A DNA stretch of 64,000 nt from Gammaproteobacteria bacterium (GTDB lineage Bacteria > Pseudomonadota > Gammaproteobacteria > SZUA-229), in assembly GCA_041589175.1 (NCBI GenBank), contig JBFHWF010000004.1, positions 3,480 through 67,479 on the forward strand. The letters are read 5' to 3'. Positions within the stretch are counted from its first letter, which is position 1, and each line of letters begins with the position of its first letter. A model generated the notes under the pieces. That model made no database searches, was not told where the DNA came from, and worked only from the letters and a program-made list of their open reading frames with translations. Of the stretch, positions 1 through 7,368 are shown one piece after another. Both the position numbers and the translations under genes were made by a program.

Positions 1-1
1 C

Positions 2-568
2 ACATCACCCTGGTATCTGCTATCTCTCGAATACACATACGCTGATTATGACAGCGCGCTGAGAAATGGTAACGGGTTTTCCATTGAAATTGCAGCAGGC
101 AAACGTATTACAGACCTGCTAAGCATTCGCGCGGGACTGGTATTCGACAGTTTTAGCGCCGACGCACGGGAATTCGATACTGATGACACACGCATCTATC
201 TGAGCACTGATTATAAAACCTCAAATGAAAATATTGTTTACCTTACCCTTGCCTACACCGACGGTAATACCACTACCTCTACCACGGACTCCAGTGCCGC
301 TAGCAAAAAAATCGATTATGTTCCCCGCTATGGGCACCATCTGCCTGGCGAAGTCAACTTTACCCCCTTGCGATCGGATGATGCCTTTCGGGATGGCTTC
401 GTATATCAACTCGAAACCGAGTCCATTAGTCTGCAACTTGGTGACAACTATGCACTAAGTAGTCACCAGTCAATTGACGCTTCGGTTTTCTATTTTCGCT
501 CAGATAGCTTCGGCAGCGAGACATACGATGGTATGATTCTGCAACTTTCCTACTTACATCAGTTTTAA
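2..568 (+). CDS. outer-membrane beta-barrel protein, C-terminal fragment (5' end outside window)
   Basis: Frame 2 is open from the window edge to TAA at 566-568. It shows alternating hydrophobic/polar strand-like segments (VYLTLAYTD, FVYQLETESISLQLG, ASVFYFRSD). It ends ...LQLSYLHQF with a C-terminal Phe, the usual OMP beta-signal. The family cannot be identified by eye. Confidence 0.5.
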   Translation, partial: TSPWYLLSLEYTYADYDSALRNGNGFSIEIAAGKRITDLLSIRAGLVFDSFSADAREFDTDDTRIYLSTDYKTSNENIVYLTLAYTDGNTTTSTTDSSAASKKIDYVPRYGHHLPGEVNFTPLRSDDAFRDGFVYQLETESISLQLGDNYALSSHQSIDASVFYFRSDSFGSETYDGMILQLSYLHQF

Positions 569-918
569 TGAAGACACATACAAAACCTTTTACCGTTAAT
601 CTTGAAGATTTCCAGACTCATGTCATCGAGGCCTCCCATGAACGCCCAGTACTACTTGATCTGTGGGCTGAGTGGTGCTCACCTTGCCGGGTCATTGCTC
701 CCATGCTGGAAAAACTGGCAGATGAAATGGCGGATGAAATCAGCATTGCCAAAATTGAAGTCGATGAGGGTGACAACATGAAAATTGCTGGCAAATACCA
801 GGTCAGGGGCTTTCCAACTCTTATTCTGTTTCAACACGGTGTCGAAAAGGGGCGCTTCAGTGGTGCCAAACCACTGCTGTTTATACGTGAGTTCATCGAG
901 CAGCATGCCGAGTTTTAG
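568..918 (+). CDS. thioredoxin family protein (atypical WCSPC active site)
   Basis: 116 aa with LLDLWAEWCSPCRVIAPMLEKLA, the thioredoxin CxxC active-site context, and a later GFPTLILF motif with the cis-Pro. The start ATG overlaps the upstream stop (TAATG). Confidence 0.85.
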   Translation: MKTHTKPFTVNLEDFQTHVIEASHERPVLLDLWAEWCSPCRVIAPMLEKLADEMADEISIAKIEVDEGDNMKIAGKYQVRGFPTLILFQHGVEKGRFSGAKPLLFIREFIEQHAEF

Positions 919-1013
919 GCTGACATTAAAGTGATTCATTCTATACTAGGTACAACAGACTTGAAGCGAACAGCTCGAAACGAACTTTATCCTACGATCA
1001 TCATCGAAACCTT

Positions 1014-2180
1014 ATGAAATACGTACCTTTACTCAGAACCCTGCTAATCATCACACTCTGCTATACACAGGCTGGAACTACATTTGCCGCCAAACAGAAG
1101 CAGGATGATTTTTCTCGAGCTCTGCAGGCCTATAATGACGACGATTTCGCAACGGCATTAATGCTCTGGTTCCCGCTTGCCCAGAATGGAGATGCAAAAG
1201 CGCAGTACCGCCTGGGTAAAATGTATCTGGAACAGAAAGCCCAGCATAAGGACCCGGAAGAAGCCGCGAAATGGATTAGCCGTGCGGCGCGTAAAAATCA
1301 TATCGAAGCTCAGACTCTGCTTGGGCAGATGCACCTGCAGGGTCTTGGTGTTTCACAGAACTACAAGAAAGCTGCTAACTGGCTGCTGAAATCGGCACGC
1401 CAGAAAGATCAGACTGCACAGTATATTCTCGCCCGTCTTTACTATTTTGGTGACGGTATACCACTGGATAAAAGCAAGGCCGCCTACTGGTATAAGCAGG
1501 CAAGTGACCAGGGGCATGGAAAAGCCCGTGCCCAGCTTGCACTGATGTATCTGAAGGGTGACGGCATCAGCCAGAAAGTAGAACAGGGTAAGCAGCTACT
1601 GGAATCCGCAGCGGCTGAAGGCATAACCTATGCTCAGCTTACTCTCGCCGACCTGTATTTCGAAGGCGGCAAGCACTACGAAAAAAACCTGCAAAAGGCC
1701 ACTCGGCTATATTTAAAAGCCGCTGAGAGCGGCAACCCACGCGCTCAGAACCTGCTGGGTGAACTGTACGAGAAAGGTGAAGGTATTGATAAAGACCCTG
1801 CCAGTGCATTCCAGTGGTATCTGAAAGCCTCTAACAACAACGAGCTTGATGGACACTACAATCTTGGACGCGCCTATGTAAATGGCTATGGGACGGAAAA
1901 GGATTTTAAAAAAGGCGTCGAGGCATTTCTCAAGGCTGCTGAGGCTGGTCATGGAAAAGCGCAGATGGATCTTGGTGTGGCCTATTACACGGGCAAAGGC
2001 GTTGCTCCAGACTCAACCATTGCCTATGCCTGGTTCTCGGTTGCCGAAGCATCCAGCGTTGAAAACGCCCGGGAAACTCGCAAAGCACTCTATGACAAGC
2101 TATCCACTGAAGATAAGAAGCAGGCGGTGCGCCTGGCCAGCGAATACCGACGCAAATACTATGTACGCCCCATCAAATAG
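1014..2180 (+). CDS. Sel1-repeat (SLR/TPR-like) protein with signal peptide
   Basis: N-terminal hydrophobic signal ending TTFA-AK. It is followed by about 8-9 repeats of the Sel1 pattern (A..W(Y/F).KAA.QG...AQ..LG.(M/L)Y..G.G(V/I)..D...A..W). Confidence 0.85.
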   Translation: MKYVPLLRTLLIITLCYTQAGTTFAAKQKQDDFSRALQAYNDDDFATALMLWFPLAQNGDAKAQYRLGKMYLEQKAQHKDPEEAAKWISRAARKNHIEAQTLLGQMHLQGLGVSQNYKKAANWLLKSARQKDQTAQYILARLYYFGDGIPLDKSKAAYWYKQASDQGHGKARAQLALMYLKGDGISQKVEQGKQLLESAAAEGITYAQLTLADLYFEGGKHYEKNLQKATRLYLKAAESGNPRAQNLLGELYEKGEGIDKDPASAFQWYLKASNNNELDGHYNLGRAYVNGYGTEKDFKKGVEAFLKAAEAGHGKAQMDLGVAYYTGKGVAPDSTIAYAWFSVAEASSVENARETRKALYDKLSTEDKKQAVRLASEYRRKYYVRPIK

Positions 2181-2333
2181 TTAAGCCACATCTTGCAGGA
2201 ATAAACACGAGCATTCTGTGCCACACCTTTTATCGGCTGGTGAAAAATTCATCTAGCAATTCACCCAATGTTGACATTTATTAACTAAACTGTTGATATT
2301 CATCTAATTAATGCCCGAGTCAAGCATGTATTA

Positions 2334-4430
2334 ATGCCGATAGAAAAAAACATAATCATACCTGCCCGGCCCCATGCACTCAAAACCGGCGACCTGCTCT
2401 GTCGCCTGTTACTACTGGCGCTCGTCAGCCTGACACTCACGCCAGGAGCCACAGATGCCAGTAGCAACCCCTATGCCACACCCCTCGCCCATAGCGAGTC
2501 TCCCTTTGAATCACAACGCCAGCTATATCTGCAGGCCATCGAGGCATACGACAAGGGCCACTATCGTCAGTTTGAACGGATATCTACCGGATTACACGAC
2601 TACCCCCTGTATCCCTACCTGGTGTACAAATCCTATCGCCGCCAGCTGAATCAGCTTGATAATTCACAGATTGGCCGTTTTTTACAGGATTACGACGGTA
2701 CCGTTGTATCGGAATGGCTTCGTAAAAAACTGATACAGCACTATGCAAAACAGAAGCAATGGCATGATCTGATCGATATTTATCGCCCCAATAGCGGGGT
2801 TAGTGCCGAGTGCCGTTATCTGGGTGCACTGATTCACACCGGGCAGACACACCTCGCCCTGCCACGCATCAAAAACCTGTGGCTGTCGCCAATCTCCAGA
2901 CCAAAAGAATGTGATCCTGTCTTTAAACTCTGGGAAGACGCAGGTCAAAAATCGACTGCACTGGTATGGAAACGTTTCAAACTTGCTATCCATGATGGCA
3001 ATCGCAAACTGGCTCGCTACCTGGTGCGTTCACTGAGCCCGTCTGATGCAACGATTGCCCAGAAATGGCTGAAACTTCATCACAAGCCCGACAGCTACGA
3101 ACCTGATTCGATTAAAGCCCTTAAGCACGCAGAACAGAGCAGTATTATGCTCAATTGGCTCAGCCGCCTTGCCAGCCGTGATATCGACAAGGCGATCAGT
3201 TACTATCATTCACTGCAAAACTACCCTTTTAGTAATGATCAACGAGCCCAGCTGGTCAGGCGTATCGGCCTGAGTCTTGCGCGCAAGCACCTGCCAGATG
3301 CCGGCATCTGGCTGGATCGTGTGCCCCGTGAATACTATGACCGCCAGGTAAGAGAATGGCGCATTCGAACGGCCATTCGTCAGGGCGACTGGAGCCACGT
3401 CATTTCCAGTATCGATCGACTTAGCCCAGCCGAGCAATCCCAGCATCGCTGGCAATTCTGGTGGGCTTATGCCAATGAAGAGGTTGGCAACACTCCCGAT
3501 GCCCTGGGAATCTATCAGTACCTGGCAACACAACGCAGCTACTACGGCTTTCTGGCCGCTGACCGCATTGGCAGTAATTATAATTTCGAAGACCGGCCAA
3601 TTAACCCAAGCCAGCAACAACTACAATTTATCCGCCAGCAACCCGAGACAATCCGCGCCCGGGAGTTTTACCTGATGGACCAGCAGCTACCCGCACGCCG
3701 TGAATGGCAGCGCCTGCTCAGCCGTCTCGATGCCGAGCAAAAACTGGCCGCCTCCAAACTGGCTCAACTATGGGGATGGCATGACCGTGCCATCATCTCG
3801 ATGGGTCAGACCCGTTACCGGGATGACATCGAATTGCGCTTCCCACTGCACCATGCTAACAAGGTGCACAACTGGTCATCCCAGCATAATATTGACCCGG
3901 CCTGGACATATGCCATTATTCGGCGCGAAAGCGCATTCATTCCCGATGCCCGCTCCTCGGTTGGCGCCATGGGTCTCATGCAGCTTATGCCCGCAACCGC
4001 GCGAAGCATGGCCCGCCATATGAAAATTCGTTATGCTGGCCAGAAAACCCTGCTGAAAAGCAATACCAATATTCGCCTGGGAACCGGCTATCTCGAACGT
4101 ATGCTGGAACGCCTCAACCTTCAGGTACTTGCTACCGCGGCCTATAATGCAGGGCCACACCGGGTAGAAGACTGGCTCCCCGAAAGCCGTACAATGGAAG
4201 CACTACGCTGGATTGAAACGATTCCCTTTACTGAAACCCGTGAATATGTCAGCAATGTACTGGCCTATATCGCCATTTACGAACATCGCATGAAGCGAAA
4301 AGTCACCCGCCTCAGTTCACGCATGCTACCGATCCCGGCCCGTGAACCTGAGCTTGCCACCGATGAAACACCACCAGAAACCCGCCATTCAGTCGAAATT
4401 ATTCAGACCGCAAAAGACAAAAGCAGCTAA
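2334..4430 (+). CDS. slt: soluble lytic murein transglycosylase (Slt70-like)
   Basis: 698 aa with an N-terminal signal, a long alpha-superhelical region, and a C-terminal SLT catalytic domain. The catalytic motifs are RRESAFIPDARSSVGAMGLMQLMPATA and AAYNAGPHRV. Confidence 0.85.
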   Translation: MPIEKNIIIPARPHALKTGDLLCRLLLLALVSLTLTPGATDASSNPYATPLAHSESPFESQRQLYLQAIEAYDKGHYRQFERISTGLHDYPLYPYLVYKSYRRQLNQLDNSQIGRFLQDYDGTVVSEWLRKKLIQHYAKQKQWHDLIDIYRPNSGVSAECRYLGALIHTGQTHLALPRIKNLWLSPISRPKECDPVFKLWEDAGQKSTALVWKRFKLAIHDGNRKLARYLVRSLSPSDATIAQKWLKLHHKPDSYEPDSIKALKHAEQSSIMLNWLSRLASRDIDKAISYYHSLQNYPFSNDQRAQLVRRIGLSLARKHLPDAGIWLDRVPREYYDRQVREWRIRTAIRQGDWSHVISSIDRLSPAEQSQHRWQFWWAYANEEVGNTPDALGIYQYLATQRSYYGFLAADRIGSNYNFEDRPINPSQQQLQFIRQQPETIRAREFYLMDQQLPARREWQRLLSRLDAEQKLAASKLAQLWGWHDRAIISMGQTRYRDDIELRFPLHHANKVHNWSSQHNIDPAWTYAIIRRESAFIPDARSSVGAMGLMQLMPATARSMARHMKIRYAGQKTLLKSNTNIRLGTGYLERMLERLNLQVLATAAYNAGPHRVEDWLPESRTMEALRWIETIPFTETREYVSNVLAYIAIYEHRMKRKVTRLSSRMLPIPAREPELATDETPPETRHSVEIIQTAKDKSS

Positions 4431-4504
4431 ATTTCTATAAAAAACATAAAGATACTTGCACTTGCTAATAATTTGGTCTAAGTATATTATGTAATTCAAT
4501 ACTT

Positions 4505-4729
4505 TTGATGACCCAAGCAGCAATTCAGGAGCTAAAACAAATGAAAAAAGATACCAAGCTGAATGTTGGTGACCGTGTACGAATCAAACGCACAGGCCAG
4601 GAAGTGACCGTCGACCAGGTGAGCGCTCATGGCTTTAGTGTGATTCGCTTCAATTCCGGAGGATCCTATCGCTTCCTGAATAACCAGCTGGAAAAAGAGG
4701 ATGGTAAAGCGATCCGCTATAACGCTTAA
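4505..4729 (+). CDS. hypothetical small protein
   Basis: 74-aa ORF with no recognisable motif. A TTGCTA-N17-TATTAT promoter-like element lies at 4462-4490, directly upstream. Confidence 0.4.
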   Translation: MMTQAAIQELKQMKKDTKLNVGDRVRIKRTGQEVTVDQVSAHGFSVIRFNSGGSYRFLNNQLEKEDGKAIRYNA

Positions 4730-4838
4730 GCCTCAAAAAATAATAGCCCAGGCCAGGGAAGGCCACCTTATCCATTCAAGTTCTCTGGGTTCAGGCCGAT
4801 AGTTATATAAGGAATTACTTAATTTCAGGATATGACAC

Positions 4839-5120
4839 ATGGCAAATATTCCAGCTACCCACAACCGGCCCGTTACCGGACAGCGTAGTATTCGCCGTGG
4901 CAGGCAAATCCCTGCGAGCGAAGGTGCCGTAGAGCGCTCTGAACAACCCACTAACCGACGCGACCGCCGACACCGGGGTGACAGACGCAAGCAACAACTC
5001 AAGGTTCGCTTTGAACGAAGAAACAAAATACGAAACCGGCGTGGACAGGCAAACACACAGAACCCAGACGATCCCCAGTACAGTGCCAAGATTGGTCGAA
5101 ATATCAATACCATCGCCTGA
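4839..5120 (+). CDS. hypothetical Arg-rich basic mini-protein (coding status uncertain)
   Basis: 93-aa ORF with AGGA 9 nt upstream of the ATG. I count 20 Arg, mostly as RR doublets (NRRDRRHRGDRRK, ERRNKIRNRR). Two long ORFs on the opposite strand cover the same interval, so the region is stop-poor in several frames. Confidence 0.3.
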   Translation: MANIPATHNRPVTGQRSIRRGRQIPASEGAVERSEQPTNRRDRRHRGDRRKQQLKVRFERRNKIRNRRGQANTQNPDDPQYSAKIGRNINTIA

Positions 5121-5193
5121 CAGCATTTTGATATGCCATTAAAACAGCACTACAATAATATAGAGTATGTCAATTCACTTTAGATAACCGACT

Positions 5194-5466
5194 ATGAAGA
5201 AGTCACTCATAATTACTATCCAGCTGATTATTTTTGCCGCCCTGGCCACAATCGCCATTCTCTATATTATGGAGCGCTCACCCGTGGAAGATCTCGGCCA
5301 CTATGAGAAGCAGGAAATGGCCCGCCCCAATAAAGACAGCTCCGTAATCGATCAGTTCTTTTCCCCCAAGAGCAAGGATGAAGGCTATGGTGATGATGTA
5401 TCACTCACCGGCGGCTCTGGCCGATATGATGAAGTGCGAATAGGCAAGGCCCCGGAAGACCAATAG
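5194..5466 (+). CDS. hypothetical membrane-anchored small protein
   Basis: 90 aa with one N-terminal TM helix (LIITIQLIIFAALATIAILYI) and an acidic/polar tail. No family recognised. Confidence 0.4.
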   Translation: MKKSLIITIQLIIFAALATIAILYIMERSPVEDLGHYEKQEMARPNKDSSVIDQFFSPKSKDEGYGDDVSLTGGSGRYDEVRIGKAPEDQ

Positions 5467-5474
5467 CAGGCGAC

Positions 5475-6392
5475 CTAGCCCTGTACCAGTTGCTCGATCA
5501 GTGGCGCACAGATAATATCCAGTGCAACTGGCATGGCACCACCTGGAATGATCATACTCCCCCGACGAGAATAGGCCGCCCCATCAATACGTGACACATA
5601 ACTGTCTATGTCATGTTTATGAGGTTCACGAAAGCTTACCACTACCAGGCTTTCATCTTCCAGTGGCACTGGCTGTACTTCAAACGGGTTTGAGGTATCA
5701 ACAACGGGCATACGCTGAAAGTTAATATCTGCCAGTGAAAACTGCGGCACAATAAAGTGTATGTAATCCTGTAGCTGCTGCAGAATATGCTCCGTAACTT
5801 CTTCAACCGAGTGACTCAGCTTCAGACCATCTCCCTTGATTCTCTGCATCCACTCGAGATTAATAGCTGGCGCCACGCCAATCAACAGATCGACATATTG
5901 CGCAGCATTTACTCCATCCCGACCCTGACGCCGATCAATGCCATTATGCTCCTGGTCTGACTTTCGTCGCGTCCAGCTATTGGCCTTTACACCCCCATGC
6001 ATACCTTCATAAAACAGGCAATCGGTGTTAGGTGGAATGGGATGCCAGTCGGTAAAGTCGCCCGGCTGACCACCAAAGAGATGCTGATTACCGTTATGAA
6101 TCCTGCTTCGACAGGTACAGGAGCCCTGCTCACCGTAGTCACGAAAACAAGCCTCGAGTCGTGTAAAGTCATTCAATTCAGGGCCATAGCAACTGATGGC
6201 TTTACCTTGCTGAGCCGCCTGCTGAATCCTTTGACGACTCTCATCTTCGCTATAACGCAGGAAGCCATTACCCTCAACGAAGGCGGCATGGATATTCTGA
6301 CGGAAAAAAATTTCCTTAAAGGTTTGCTGTACTGAAGTCGTACCGGCACCACAGGCACCTGTCACAGCAATAACTGGATGTTTATCTGACAT
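5475..6392 (-). CDS. prk: phosphoribulokinase (bacterial class II type)
   Basis: MSDKHPVIAVTGACGAGTTSV...FKEIF N-terminus, then FYEGMHGG, APAINLEWMQRIKGD, VPQFSLADINFQRMPVVDTSNPF. These match bacterial CbbP/PrkB as I remember it. I chose the ATG at 6392, preceded by GAGGAA, over the longer ORF start at 6443. Confidence 0.9.
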   Translation of the reverse strand: MSDKHPVIAVTGACGAGTTSVQQTFKEIFFRQNIHAAFVEGNGFLRYSEDESRQRIQQAAQQGKAISCYGPELNDFTRLEACFRDYGEQGSCTCRSRIHNGNQHLFGGQPGDFTDWHPIPPNTDCLFYEGMHGGVKANSWTRRKSDQEHNGIDRRQGRDGVNAAQYVDLLIGVAPAINLEWMQRIKGDGLKLSHSVEEVTEHILQQLQDYIHFIVPQFSLADINFQRMPVVDTSNPFEVQPVPLEDESLVVVSFREPHKHDIDSYVSRIDGAAYSRRGSMIIPGGAMPVALDIICAPLIEQLVQG

Positions 6393-6559
6393 ATTATTCC
6401 TCGGCCAAACCCCCTCGGCTGAACCGAAAGGACAGGACTGCATAGCATGCCAAGATCAACCACTTATCGCAAGAAGTTTGACCCTTGAAGATAACCAACT
6501 ATTAATATACTGAACCCCTCAGGTTTTATGTTGTTCACATAGGCAGATGGAGAAGTCGT

Positions 6560-6790
6560 ATGAACACCGATCAACATTATTATTTAGGCCCTGAGAGACG
6601 TACTGCCAGGTCACCAAGACGTAGCAACCCTTGCCGTAGACACCGCATCCGACGCGAGTCACTGGTTTCAGACTGTCGTACTCTGGCATGTCGCCGCGAA
6701 GAAGACAGGGATGGATTCGTTGAAGTGTCGAGCCTCTATGAGGACAGGTCACAGGATCAATCGAGTAAACCACCCCAGAAAAGAAAATAA
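6560..6790 (+). CDS. hypothetical Arg-rich basic mini-protein (coding status uncertain)
   Basis: 76-aa ORF with GGAGAAG 5 nt upstream of the ATG. It has 16 Arg (GPERRTARSPRRSNPCRRHRIRRE) and an acidic/Ser-rich tail. An overlapping antisense 95-aa ORF also exists. Confidence 0.3.
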   Translation: MNTDQHYYLGPERRTARSPRRSNPCRRHRIRRESLVSDCRTLACRREEDRDGFVEVSSLYEDRSQDQSSKPPQKRK

Positions 6791-6875
6791 AGCACAGCAA
6801 CGACAATAGCTGCTAGAAAAAATCGGGTGCTGGATACAGCCTGACAGAAGGTACACTTCCGCGACATAACGTGGA

Positions 6876-7235
6876 CTACTTAAAGGCAGCCTGCCAGCTG
6901 TCGAGGTCTGTTACCGTATCGGAACGCTCCCTGAGAATAACACCTATCTGGTAATACCCCCCCACTTCCATTTCCGTACACCAGCGAACATTACCTGTCA
7001 GAAAATAGCGTTTGCTGTTATTTTTTAGTGTCACCCAGACATCAAGCACACTATCGACCTTGATCTGCTTATCCAGCTCGATACGTAAGCCTGTTGCAGA
7101 GACGTCTATCGTGGATCCACACAGTGTCTTACCCAGCAGGTTCGGATTCTCAGAAGAGAACACAATCTTCATATCCAGTGCCTCATGCAGGGCATAACGC
7201 TCGGCGCCACGGCGCTCTTGCAGTTTACTTTCCAT
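6876..7235 (-). CDS. PilZ domain protein (c-di-GMP receptor type)
   Basis: Both PilZ motifs are present: RRxxxR (QERRGAERY) and D.S..G (IDVSATGLRIEL). I preferred the ATG at 7235, preceded by a G-rich SD, over the TTG at 7277. Confidence 0.75.
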   Translation of the reverse strand: MESKLQERRGAERYALHEALDMKIVFSSENPNLLGKTLCGSTIDVSATGLRIELDKQIKVDSVLDVWVTLKNNSKRYFLTGNVRWCTEMEVGGYYQIGVILRERSDTVTDLDSWQAAFK

Positions 7236-7368
7236 CAAACCCCCCCAGGGTGAACAGGTTGTGGGAACTTTACCCAAAGGAAAAAGTTATCCACAACGCC
7301 GACATTAATTTTTTACAAACATGGATAACCAGTATAGAAGGCAAAAACGCGCTTTGCAGATGATTCAA

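Noticed and set aside
4733-5126. Minus-strand ORFs of 126 aa and 103 aa overlapping the Arg-rich plus-strand ORF
   Set aside because: They have no SD and Cys/Leu/Arg-rich junk-like translations. I kept them only as evidence that the interval is stop-poor in several frames.
6519-6806. 95-aa minus-strand ORF overlapping the second Arg-rich ORF
   Set aside because: It has no convincing ribosome-binding site or motifs, whereas the plus-strand ORF has a good SD. Neither ORF is certain.
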